The translations under genes were made by a program, and so were the position numbers. Below, piece by piece: positions 1-9,100 of a stretch of DNA of 64,000 nucleotides (position 1 is its first letter; the number at the start of each line of letters is the position of its first letter). The notes under the pieces were generated by a model, which worked only from the letters and a program-made list of their open reading frames with translations, was not told the DNA's origin and did not search any database. Source of the stretch: a candidate division WOR-3 bacterium (GTDB lineage Bacteria; Hydrothermota; Tepidihabitantia; Tepidihabitantales; Tepidihabitantaceae). Location of the stretch: positions 41,923-105,922 of the forward strand of contig CBFGJX010000007.1 in NCBI GenBank assembly GCA_965649225.1, read 5' to 3'.

Positions 1-10
1 GGCCGGAACC

Positions 11-3000
11 ATGCCGGAGGCTGCTTCGCCGCTTGGCCTGCTCGGTGTGACCGGGGCGACAGAACTGCCTGCTCTGCGCACCGAGTTTTCACGGACATAC
101 GATCTGCACAACGGCCAGTACCTGGCTGAAATCTTCGCCGTGCCCATTCACGAGCAGGGGCCGGGTGGGATGTGGTTGCCGGTTGACGCCGACACTACCG
201 ACTCAGTGTTCCCACAGAACGCCGACTGGTGGACCGGTCACGTTCAGCGGCAAAACTCGACCGGCGATGTCAAGCAGAACAACGACCTCTATTTCCGGGG
301 CGGGAATGCGGCGTCGCACGACAAGCGCCAGGCTTGGATCAAGTTCGACCTCTCGGGAATAAACGACAGTGGGGTCGTCAACGCCACCGGCCTGGTCTAT
401 TACTGTTATTCGATTGACGCCGCCGGCGGGCCGACGACACTGATCAGGGTCGTCAACGTTGATCCTGTACCCGCGACTGCGACCCAGTTGTGGACTGCCA
501 TAACGACCGGTGATTCGGCATCGATGCGCGCCAGTCATGGAACCGGCTGGGTACTGCGGCCGCTCAACCAGACCGGAGTGAACGCGGTGCGCAACGGTCT
601 GGCCAACAACTGGGTGGCATTCGGCATTCACGAGCCTGAGACCGATAACAGCCGGTGGGGCCACGCCTATGGCTATTTCCCGCGTTCAACCGCGCCGCGA
701 ATGTATGTTACCTACACGCCGCCGCCGCCACCGCCCGACATCGGCGTGACCGGCATCGTCGCACCGACCGGAACTGTTGACACCGGAGCGATGGTCTATC
801 CGCAGGCAACCTGGCACAACTATCACAGTGCCGCCTATGGGTTCAGCGCTTGGTTCATTCTGACCAATCCGTCGGGGCAGCGGGTCTATTCCGAGGTCCG
901 AAATATCAGTTCGTTGCGGGCGGGTGGCGATACGACAATCAGTTTCACCGGTTTCAACGTCGGCACTGCCTCGGGTACGTGGTTCGCGAAGTGCTCAACT
1001 TTTGCCGGTGGCGACACCAACTGGCGCAATGATACCATCCAGCGCAGTTTCACGGTTTTCCCGCGGCATGTCGATGTCGGGGTTGCCTCGATTGTCCGGC
1101 CGGCCGGGGTCATCGACACCGGGATGACGGTCGTGCCTCGTGCCATCTGGCACAACTATCATCCGCTCCATCCAGCGAATTTCGAAGCGTGGTTCATACT
1201 GCTGGACCCGACGGGTGAGAGACGTTACAGTCACTCGATTGCGGTGACCGGGCTTGCTGCTGGTGCCGATACCGTTCTCAACTTTCCGAGTTACTATTTC
1301 GGTCAGGGCATCGGACAGTGGACAGCCCGTTGTTCGACTTACTGTGCCATTGATACGATGCCGGCCAACGATGTCCGGCAGGGTGTTTTCACAGTTACGC
1401 CCTGGACAGTACATTCTGACATCGGGGTAGTCGAAATCACCGCTCCCCGTGGCGTTTTTGATACGGCCGCACCGGTACAGCCGGCCGCAACCTGGAAGAA
1501 CTATCTGACCGAGGCCACGGGTTTTGAGGCCTATCTCCGGGTATTCAATCCACGCAGCGAGCTGGTCTACAATGCTTCAACCGTGGTATCCAGCCTGGCG
1601 GCCGGTGCCGAGACCACGCTGGTCTTTCCGCTTTTCTATGTCGATACCTCACAGGGGCATTGGACCGTGCGGTGTTCCACCTACCTGACTTTTGACGTCG
1701 ATTACAGCAATGACACTCTGAGTTCGACGTTTCTGGTTTATGTCGGCGGTCAGGCACCCCCTCAGCCGGGTTGGGCAGAGATGGAGCCGATGCCGGTCGA
1801 ACCGTCAGGCAAAGCAGTCAAACATGGCGGCTGGCTGACCTGGAGTTCCGGCGATGGCCGTCTCTATATCGGCAAGGGCAACAAGACCGGCGATTTCTAC
1901 AGCTACAATCCGCGGACAAACTACTGGGAACGACGAGCGGCGATTCCGGGCGGACTGACCGGCAAGCTGCCGGCAAAGGGCGCTGACGGCTGCGCCGACG
2001 GTGAACGCTGGGTCTATTTCGTCAAGGGCAACAACACCGCCGAGTTCTGGCGTTATGATGTGCTGGCGGATACCTGGTCAGCGCTTGCCGATGTGCCCCT
2101 TGGTCCTTCCAACAAACGCATCAAGGGCGGCAACGACATGGTCTTTGTGCCCGGCGCAGGCGACACCGGTTACATCTACCTGCTCAAGGGGCAGAAGGCC
2201 GATTTCATGCGGTTCAATACCGTCTCGGGCATCTGGGAAATGCTTTCCTCGGCGCCAATCAATCCCAAACCGAAGTGGGACCGCGGTTCGTGGCTGGTCT
2301 ACGATGGCAGCAACACGATTTACGCCCACAAAGCCAAGTTTCATGAACTGTGGACATACGATATTCCACACGATTCCTGGATGGTGCAGCGAACCGGGAT
2401 GCCGTTCTTGCGCACGTCGCCCGGCAAGTCGAAGAAGTCCAAGGACGGCGGGTCGGCAGCCTATTTCGACGGGCGGATATACGCTCTGAAGGGCGGCAAT
2501 ACGACCGAGTTCTGGCGCTACCATGTCGATGGCGACAGCTGGGTCGGAATGGATTCGATGCCCGCATTCGGTTCCACCGCCAAGAAGCGCCGAGTCAAGG
2601 ACGGTGGCTGCATGGTGGCCGTGGGCAACGGGCAGTTCTTTGCCTTGAAAGGTGCCAACACCCGTGAGCTCTGGCGTTACCAGGAAGCCGATGAACTGGC
2701 CTTGGCCGGCAGTGGTTGTACAGCTGCGCGGCCAAAATCGGGCGTGGCTGGTGGCAGGGCAGGAGGTATTGTCGGGCCACTGGCAATGACCATCACGCCG
2801 AATCCATCGCCTGTGCGAAGTCTCAGACTGAGTTGCACCACACCTTTTGCCGGCAGTGCTTCTCTGCTGGTCTTCGATGTCGCGGGGCGGATCAGGCGTC
2901 GGTTCGATTTCGCGCTGGTTCCGTCTCAAGGCGTGCAGTTTGATTTGTCCGGTCTGAATGCCGGCATCTATCCAGTGCGGATCGAGGCCGGAGGTCTCAC

Positions 3001-3028
3001 AGCGACGGCGAAGCTGGTTCTGAAGTAG
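11..3028 (+). CDS. Large secreted protein, probably 5'-truncated: DNRLRE-like N-domain, poly-Pro linker, 3 CARDB/Ig-like repeats, Kelch-type beta-propeller, C-terminal T9SS type A-like sorting domain
   Basis: Frame is open to the window edge. RTEFSRTYDLHNGQYLAEIFAVPIH and AWIKFDLSGI resemble DNRLRE-protein N-termini. Three D(I/V)GV..I..P.G..DT...RCST....D....ND repeats, repeated KG.NT.EFWRY blades, C-terminal ITPNP...FDVAGR...LNAGIYPV...KLVLK. Confidence 0.8.
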   Translation: MPEAASPLGLLGVTGATELPALRTEFSRTYDLHNGQYLAEIFAVPIHEQGPGGMWLPVDADTTDSVFPQNADWWTGHVQRQNSTGDVKQNNDLYFRGGNAASHDKRQAWIKFDLSGINDSGVVNATGLVYYCYSIDAAGGPTTLIRVVNVDPVPATATQLWTAITTGDSASMRASHGTGWVLRPLNQTGVNAVRNGLANNWVAFGIHEPETDNSRWGHAYGYFPRSTAPRMYVTYTPPPPPPDIGVTGIVAPTGTVDTGAMVYPQATWHNYHSAAYGFSAWFILTNPSGQRVYSEVRNISSLRAGGDTTISFTGFNVGTASGTWFAKCSTFAGGDTNWRNDTIQRSFTVFPRHVDVGVASIVRPAGVIDTGMTVVPRAIWHNYHPLHPANFEAWFILLDPTGERRYSHSIAVTGLAAGADTVLNFPSYYFGQGIGQWTARCSTYCAIDTMPANDVRQGVFTVTPWTVHSDIGVVEITAPRGVFDTAAPVQPAATWKNYLTEATGFEAYLRVFNPRSELVYNASTVVSSLAAGAETTLVFPLFYVDTSQGHWTVRCSTYLTFDVDYSNDTLSSTFLVYVGGQAPPQPGWAEMEPMPVEPSGKAVKHGGWLTWSSGDGRLYIGKGNKTGDFYSYNPRTNYWERRAAIPGGLTGKLPAKGADGCADGERWVYFVKGNNTAEFWRYDVLADTWSALADVPLGPSNKRIKGGNDMVFVPGAGDTGYIYLLKGQKADFMRFNTVSGIWEMLSSAPINPKPKWDRGSWLVYDGSNTIYAHKAKFHELWTYDIPHDSWMVQRTGMPFLRTSPGKSKKSKDGGSAAYFDGRIYALKGGNTTEFWRYHVDGDSWVGMDSMPAFGSTAKKRRVKDGGCMVAVGNGQFFALKGANTRELWRYQEADELALAGSGCTAARPKSGVAGGRAGGIVGPLAMTITPNPSPVRSLRLSCTTPFAGSASLLVFDVAGRIRRRFDFALVPSQGVQFDLSGLNAGIYPVRIEAGGLTATAKLVLK
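737..1745 (+). repeat. Three tandem intragenic CARDB/Ig-like domain repeats (~112-115 aa each)
   Basis: Units start at ~737 (DIGV), ~1073 (DVGV) and ~1418 (DIGV), sharing P.A.W.NY, AG.(D/E)T...F, W...CST and ND motifs. Confidence 0.8.
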
Positions 3029-3045
3029 CTCCGTCACTGTCCCTG

Positions 3046-3080
3046 AGTCTGAGCGCCCCGGCAGGGGCGCTCAGACTTTC
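3046..3080 (+). terminator. Intrinsic terminator-like hairpin
   Basis: AGTCTGAGCGCCCC-ggca-GGGGCGCTCAGACT is a perfect 14-bp stem followed by TTC, 17 nt after the stop codon at 3028. Confidence 0.75.
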
Positions 3081-3092
3081 TACCGCCTCAGC

Positions 3093-3120
3093 TTGACTGG
3101 CGGGTGTGGACTCATAGAAT
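3093..3120 (+). promoter_or_regulatory. sigma70-type promoter of the barrel-nucleotidase-recJ-rlmI operon
   Basis: TTGACT-N16-TAGAAT; GGAGGA at 3147-3152 precedes TTG at 3158. Confidence 0.6.
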
Positions 3121-3157
3121 CACCCTGAGGTCCGATGCACCACTCTGGAGGACAATT

Positions 3158-3988
3158 TTGCAGGCACGCAGTATCCGGCTGCTGATTCTGATGGCTGTTT
3201 TCCTGCCCGCGGCGTTCGTCCGGGCTGCTTTCGAAGAGTACCGAACCGGCGTGCGCGCCGAGGGGATGGGCGGTGCTTTTACGGCTATAGCTGATGATGT
3301 CTCGGCGATTGACTATAATCCGGCCGGGCTTGGTGCCGTCAGCAGTGCCGGCGCAGCAGCCTTTGGACGTTTGCTCTACGGCGGGGTCGGCGTCGGCCTG
3401 CACACTGCTCACGTCGCCGGCTGTCTGCCTGTCGGGCAGATTGGAACGCTGGCAATCCGGTTGCAGGAGACCGGCTTTGCGCGACTTTCCGAGCGTTCGC
3501 TCCGGCTCGGGCATGGTGTAAAGCTCGCAGACGGGTTGTTCTTCGGTTACGCGTTCAGCGGCTACAATCTCAGTCAGGCTGGGGGCTATGGCAGCGGTTT
3601 CGCCATTGGCGCCGATGTTGCTCTGCTGGGCACGGTCTACGAGAGCTGGCGCATCGGCTTTCTTGCCCAGAATCTCAATCGACCTCGGATCGGCAATTCC
3701 GCGCTGCCACAGGTGCTGGCTTTTGGGCTGGGTTACTCACCGGCACCCGGAATCAATTCGGCACTGGACGTGAGCAAGGAGCCGGGTCGGCCCGCCCGGG
3801 TGCACGTGGGTCAGGAGTTCCGTATCGTTCAGGACTTCCTGACGCTGCGTGCCGGGGTGGAGAGTGAGCCGGTGCGGTTTGCGGTTGGCTTCCGGACAGG
3901 CCTGGAACGAGTCCATCTTGATTACGCACTGAAGACCCACCCGGTGCTGCCGGTGACCCATACCATCGGCCTGGCAGCGGAGTTTTAG
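3158..3988 (+). CDS. PorV/PorQ-like (UPF0164/FadL-superfamily) outer-membrane beta-barrel protein
   Basis: Signal peptide, then G.R..GMGGAFTAIADDVSAIDYNPAGL; amphipathic strands; C-terminal Phe. Start moved to TTG 3158 using the RBS and promoter. Confidence 0.75.
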   Translation: MQARSIRLLILMAVFLPAAFVRAAFEEYRTGVRAEGMGGAFTAIADDVSAIDYNPAGLGAVSSAGAAAFGRLLYGGVGVGLHTAHVAGCLPVGQIGTLAIRLQETGFARLSERSLRLGHGVKLADGLFFGYAFSGYNLSQAGGYGSGFAIGADVALLGTVYESWRIGFLAQNLNRPRIGNSALPQVLAFGLGYSPAPGINSALDVSKEPGRPARVHVGQEFRIVQDFLTLRAGVESEPVRFAVGFRTGLERVHLDYALKTHPVLPVTHTIGLAAEF

Positions 3989-3989
3989 A

Positions 3990-6407
3990 ATGTTTCTGCT
4001 TTTTCTGCTGTCGTTCTACAGCAGCACCAATCAGCTCGACATCAACCGGGCGACGCTGGAACAGATTCGACAGTTGCCGGTCGATACTGCTACTGCCCGG
4101 CGGATATATGAACGGGTTGAGCTGTTTGGTCGGTTGAACAGTGTCTACGAGCTGCTGCGGGTTCCCGGAGTCAGCTACGAGAAGTTCGCCGAGCTGAAGC
4201 CGCTGGTCTACGTTTCGCCACCGAGCTGGGAGGAGAATCGGCTGAACACGATTCAGCGTATCCAGCGCCGGCTGGCGTCGGAAGAGGGACCGACTGCTGC
4301 GGCAGTCGAGCAGTGGCAGGACCTGCTGGTAACGCCGATAAACATTAACCGGGCGTGGGTTGACGACCTCCTGGTGCTGGACAATGTATCGCTGGTCGAT
4401 GCAGTGGCGGTGGTCAAGTTCACCGGCGCCGGCGGCAAGCTGTCGGGCCGGCGCGACCTCGCTAACCAGGTACCGGGGCTGTCGTCCTACGGCTACCGCA
4501 GCCTCAGAGATTTTGTCACCTTTGATGATGTCAAAGGGCTGGCGTTCAGTGGTAACTACCGGGCGAACTACGACGGCGACCCCAACTGGTTTGTTTCGGC
4601 CGGCAGTGCCGAGTTCGATCAGGCACTGGCCACGCTTGACGCGGACACTCTTGAGTTTCGCAATGCCGGCTACACCGCCGAACAGATTGAGTTCTTCCGT
4701 GCGCGTTTGATTGATTCGCGTTCGTTCCGGACGGCGATGGGCAATCAGTCCAGCATCCGTCACCGGTTGCGCGTGCGGCTCGGCGAACCGTTCCGTCTCG
4801 GCGGCTGGGCAGTGCAGAAGCTCTACACCGGCCAGCCGGTTGATGAGTACAAACTGTTTGCCTCCGCCAGTGGCATCGGGCCACTGCGCAAGGCAATCGT
4901 CGGTGATTACCGGCTGACGCTGGCTCAGGGCCTGCTGATGGACAATAACTCCGAGCTGGTCGCGCGGGTTCACGAGCGTACCGTCGGCCTGTACAGTGAC
5001 CTGTCGGAAAACCCCGGTTTCGGATTGCGCGGCGGCGCGTTTGACATCGGGACCGGACGCCAGGGCGGCGGTGTGCTCGGCTTCTATTCGTGCAGCCGCC
5101 GTGATGCCATTCTCAACCCGGACAGTTCGGTGAACTACTATATTGTGTCAACACCGCGTTATCCGGCTTTCCGGAACAAGTTGCAGGAGACTGACTACGG
5201 TGGCAGTGCTTATCTTGACCTGTCCGGGGTTGGTTTCCTCCCGGTCGGTACGCGGCTGGCGTTTAACGGACTCCGAATAGCTTATGACCGACCGTTTCGG
5301 CCTGATGCCCGCTGGCTGGAGCTGCCCGGAGATTCCGATACGCTTGAAGACCCGAATTACACCGCGTTGGACAGTGGCAGTACCCGGTTTTACTACGGGA
5401 TAGACTTCCGCACCGTAGTCGAGAATTTCTCGTTCGAGGGCGAGCTGGCGTTGAAACCGAAAACCGGGAGCGCATCGGTGCGGGGCTGGCTGCCCACACA
5501 ATCTGTACCGAAGGCGATGATAGTCAAGGGCCGGACACAGTATGATTATCTCTATGTAACGGTGCTTTACCGGCGTTATGATGTCGGTTACGACAATCCC
5601 TACAATCGCGGTTTTTCCGAGCAGGCACGTTTTGAGGACACACCGCTCGAGAAGCCGTACCGGCTGATTGATCCGGTTTTCGCCGCGCTGCAGGATTTTC
5701 CTTTGCCCAAGGCCGAAGAGGGTGTATTTGCCGACATGCGCTACCAGGTCGGACGGCAGATAACTTTCACCCGCGTCTATGTTGACATCTGGCGTAATCT
5801 CGCCTGGGGAGCCGACAACGTCAGATTCCAGGGCGAGGTGGAATACCGGCCCGTCTTTCCCTTGCGGCTGCGTTTCAAGCAGAAACTCCAGTCCAAGGAG
5901 CTGCCGAAGCTCGCCGGCGCGACAAGGTCAAACACGCTCGAAAGCTCAATCAGAGCAATGGCCAGTCTGTCGAACTGGGACTGGCTCACCGGCGAGGTTC
6001 GGCTTGGAAAGGTGCTGCTGACGCCAACCTTGCGCTATACCGACCAGTCAAGCATCTCGGGCAACTTCGTTTCGGTTCAGTGGGAGCATAATTTTTCCAA
6101 CGACCTGCAGGGTGAACTTGGAGTTGCGGCGTGGATGACGCGGGGTATGTCGCAGTGGGCTTTTGAGGACAATGGTATTGACTTTCTCGAGGGGCAGGGT
6201 TTGCGCTGGTACGCGGCCTTGACGGACCGCATCTCGGACAACCTGCTGGTTTATTTCAAGGTTCGGCACAAGTTGAGCGAGTTTCCGCACACCGGTCTGG
6301 GCGGCCGGGAGGGATTGCACTATCGGAATAGCCTTGAGCCGGTGCGTGATTTTGTGTCGCGCGAGGAAACTCTGACACTTTCCGTTCAGTTCGATTTGCT
6401 TTGGTAG
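3990..6407 (+). CDS. Helix-hairpin-helix (ComEA-like) domain protein with C-terminal outer-membrane beta-barrel
   Basis: LDINRATLEQIRQLP...ELLRVPGVS..KF.EL and a second PININRA...VPGLS unit. C-terminal half has alternating aromatic strands and ends VQFDLLW. Confidence 0.75.
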   Translation: MFLLFLLSFYSSTNQLDINRATLEQIRQLPVDTATARRIYERVELFGRLNSVYELLRVPGVSYEKFAELKPLVYVSPPSWEENRLNTIQRIQRRLASEEGPTAAAVEQWQDLLVTPININRAWVDDLLVLDNVSLVDAVAVVKFTGAGGKLSGRRDLANQVPGLSSYGYRSLRDFVTFDDVKGLAFSGNYRANYDGDPNWFVSAGSAEFDQALATLDADTLEFRNAGYTAEQIEFFRARLIDSRSFRTAMGNQSSIRHRLRVRLGEPFRLGGWAVQKLYTGQPVDEYKLFASASGIGPLRKAIVGDYRLTLAQGLLMDNNSELVARVHERTVGLYSDLSENPGFGLRGGAFDIGTGRQGGGVLGFYSCSRRDAILNPDSSVNYYIVSTPRYPAFRNKLQETDYGGSAYLDLSGVGFLPVGTRLAFNGLRIAYDRPFRPDARWLELPGDSDTLEDPNYTALDSGSTRFYYGIDFRTVVENFSFEGELALKPKTGSASVRGWLPTQSVPKAMIVKGRTQYDYLYVTVLYRRYDVGYDNPYNRGFSEQARFEDTPLEKPYRLIDPVFAALQDFPLPKAEEGVFADMRYQVGRQITFTRVYVDIWRNLAWGADNVRFQGEVEYRPVFPLRLRFKQKLQSKELPKLAGATRSNTLESSIRAMASLSNWDWLTGEVRLGKVLLTPTLRYTDQSSISGNFVSVQWEHNFSNDLQGELGVAAWMTRGMSQWAFEDNGIDFLEGQGLRWYAALTDRISDNLLVYFKVRHKLSEFPHTGLGGREGLHYRNSLEPVRDFVSREETLTLSVQFDLLW

Positions 6408-6421
6408 ACGGGAGAGAGCTG

Positions 6422-7582
6422 ATGAAGTTTTTGCCCATTTTGATGCTGGTGGGGATGAGCGCAGGGCTAGCGGTCGGGCAGATTCCGGCCCGGGACTGGT
6501 GGGGAGAGGAGGTTGCTTTTGTCTCCGCCCGCAGTCTGGCGACGGGTGGTGTTTCACTGCACGAATCGCGACCGGCGGCGTTGTTTGTCAATCCGGCGCT
6601 GCTTTCGGTCGAGCGCTACTTCGCCGTTGAGGCAACGGGTATTCTGCGGCTGCGAATCGAGCAGCGGACACGGGTGGTCTACGATAACTTCGAAAACGCT
6701 TTGGGTGAGGCGGCTTTCGCCGACAATTATGGTTCGAACGCTCTGGCCGGACCGATGGCAGCCGCGGGCAGGCTCGGGCTGGTCGTAGTCGCAGCCGGTG
6801 CCCGACCGGTCCGAGATTTCAGCTACGATTATCTGAAGGAGTACCGCGACGACTTCTACGTGAAGATTGGCGAGGAGCGTGTCCATCAGTTCGGCAGTCT
6901 CTACAACGTTGGAGTGGGTGCAGCCGCGCGTCCGGTTAGCTGGCTTGGTCTCGGGGCAGCGGGTGGCTACTGCTTCGGCACTCGCAGTTTCGAATCGGTC
7001 GTGATTGACGGCCGGGACACGGTCTCGGTAGCGGAGTCGGGCTGGCCAAACGGGATGACTTGGCATGTCGGTGCGCTGCTGGTGCCGATTCGGCGGCTGT
7101 CGATTGCTGCCGACCTTCGGGGTGGCACAAAATTGAGTGATTGGCGAAAAGCGGACAGCGTTGTTTCGGCCGAGGCCCGTAGTTATCCGGCGTCTGCCGG
7201 CATCTCGGCTTCGTACCGGGCGGCAGGAGACTTGCCATCGACAATCACGCTCGAAACAAGGTATCAGGACTGGTCTGAAGTGGACAGCGGATTGAGCCCG
7301 GTGTTCAGCGTGCGGGTTGGGGTCGAGCACCTGCTGCCGACGATGGTTGCGTTGCGCTACGGATTCGGGGTTGAGCCGATGGCGGTCAATCCGTCGGTGC
7401 ATGTTGCCAACGTGGGTTTTGGCGTTGGATTCGACGTGGGGGCAATGCGCATCGATCTCGGATTGGGGCACTCGCGGGCCGTGATTGGCGGAAATGAGTT
7501 CTATCGACCGTTGGCTGAGGATGGAGTGAAGGTCTATGAGAACCGAACCACGTTCGCTGTTACTCTCAGTCGCGGTTTTTAG
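6422..7582 (+). CDS. Outer-membrane beta-barrel protein (PorV/FadL-like superfamily)
   Basis: Signal peptide MKFLPILMLVG; SARSLATGG...ALFVNPALL motif related to the 3158 barrel; ends VTLSRGF. Confidence 0.65.
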   Translation: MKFLPILMLVGMSAGLAVGQIPARDWWGEEVAFVSARSLATGGVSLHESRPAALFVNPALLSVERYFAVEATGILRLRIEQRTRVVYDNFENALGEAAFADNYGSNALAGPMAAAGRLGLVVVAAGARPVRDFSYDYLKEYRDDFYVKIGEERVHQFGSLYNVGVGAAARPVSWLGLGAAGGYCFGTRSFESVVIDGRDTVSVAESGWPNGMTWHVGALLVPIRRLSIAADLRGGTKLSDWRKADSVVSAEARSYPASAGISASYRAAGDLPSTITLETRYQDWSEVDSGLSPVFSVRVGVEHLLPTMVALRYGFGVEPMAVNPSVHVANVGFGVGFDVGAMRIDLGLGHSRAVIGGNEFYRPLAEDGVKVYENRTTFAVTLSRGF

Positions 7583-9092
7583 TCTGCTGTTCGGTTCCGC
7601 GGCACTGGCAGCCGGGAAGGCGGAATCGAGGGTCAAGCGGCTCTATATCGTTCACACCAATGACATTCATGGTGCGCTGGAGCCGGCGACCGCTTTCTGG
7701 ATCAACCGTGATTTTCCGCCGCCGCTGGCCAACGCACCAGGAGCCTTGACAGTAATCCGCCGGCTGCGAGCTGAGGCGGAGCGCAAAGGCTATGGTTTTC
7801 TTCTACTCGATGGCGGCGACGTGTTCAAGGGTACACCACTGGGTGATTTTACCCGGGGGCAGGCAGTCGTTGATTTCTTCCGGCGGGCTGGATACGACGC
7901 CGTCGCAGTCGGCAACCACGACTTCGATTTTGGCTGGCCGGTGCTGAGGGCGATGGCCGAGTGCTCGGCCGGCATACCCTGGATTGTGACAAACGTTCGA
8001 GTTTCCGGGACCGATACGACACCCGGGTTTCTGCGTTCGAGCGTTTTGTTTGAGCGGGGCGGGTTGAAGATCGGGGTATTCGGTCTGATTACCAAGTACC
8101 TCAGTGGGATGGTCAACGACTCAATGCGGGGGGCGATTGATGTCCTGCCTTATGAAGATGTTGCCCGCGCCGAAATTGCCGCACTGCGTCGAGCAGGAGC
8201 CGACATCATCGTTGCCCTGAACCACGTCGGACACCGTCACGATCAACGGTTGGCCGATTCAATCCAGGGTATTGATGTAATCATCGGCGCACACAGTCAT
8301 ACCGGTGTCAAGCCGCCTTACGAAGCACCGGCAAGCCATACCGTCATACAGCAGGCTTACAGCAAGCTTTCGACAGTCGGGCTGATCGAGCTGCGGTTTG
8401 ACACGCACACCCGGCAGGTTGTCGGCTATGAGGGCCGGCTGATTGACCTGATGGCCGAGGCAATACCCTCGGACCGCGAGTATGCTGCCTTGCTCGATTC
8501 GGTCCGGGCAGTGGCAGAACACGGTTACGATGAGGTGCTGGGTTATTCCAAACGGGAGCTGACGCGGGGCGGTATGGCAGAAAACCCGGCCGGCAATCTG
8601 ATTACTGATGCCCTGCGCGAGGAGTTTGGTGCCGACATTGCGTTCCATAACTCGGCCGGCATCCGGGCAAACATTCCGGAAGGCAAGGTAACCTATCGGG
8701 ACGTTTACAAGGTTGATATCTTCGGCAACACCGCCGTTGTCGGGTTCTACACCGGGCGGCAGATCAGGGAAATCTGTGAAGTTTCCGTAAACGGGCACCA
8801 TGCGATATTTCAGGTCTCGGGGCTGAAGATGACCTACACCAACCGACAGCCGATCGGACGGCGGGTGTTGTCGATAACCGTCAACGGCGAGCCGCTCGAC
8901 CCAGAGCGTCGGTACAAGGTCGTGACCAATTCTTTTCTTGCCTCGGGGACGGGAGAATATGGCGTCTTCGCCGAGGGCGAGGAGCTTGAAGATACCTTCC
9001 TGCCCCTGCGGGACGTGATTGCCCGTTATATCAGGCGTCATTCGCCGGTGGACGCACGGGTCGAGGGACGGATAGTGCTGGTTGACAAATAG
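7536..9092 (+). CDS. Periplasmic 5'-nucleotidase / UDP-sugar hydrolase family protein
   Basis: Metallophosphoesterase motifs HTNDIHG, DGGDVFKG, GNHDFD, LNHVG, GAHSH; C-domain NSAGIR, FGNT, QVSGL; signal peptide. Confidence 0.92.
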   Translation: MRTEPRSLLLSVAVFSLLFGSAALAAGKAESRVKRLYIVHTNDIHGALEPATAFWINRDFPPPLANAPGALTVIRRLRAEAERKGYGFLLLDGGDVFKGTPLGDFTRGQAVVDFFRRAGYDAVAVGNHDFDFGWPVLRAMAECSAGIPWIVTNVRVSGTDTTPGFLRSSVLFERGGLKIGVFGLITKYLSGMVNDSMRGAIDVLPYEDVARAEIAALRRAGADIIVALNHVGHRHDQRLADSIQGIDVIIGAHSHTGVKPPYEAPASHTVIQQAYSKLSTVGLIELRFDTHTRQVVGYEGRLIDLMAEAIPSDREYAALLDSVRAVAEHGYDEVLGYSKRELTRGGMAENPAGNLITDALREEFGADIAFHNSAGIRANIPEGKVTYRDVYKVDIFGNTAVVGFYTGRQIREICEVSVNGHHAIFQVSGLKMTYTNRQPIGRRVLSITVNGEPLDPERRYKVVTNSFLASGTGEYGVFAEGEELEDTFLPLRDVIARYIRRHSPVDARVEGRIVLVDK

Positions 9093-9100
9093 GCTCGTCA

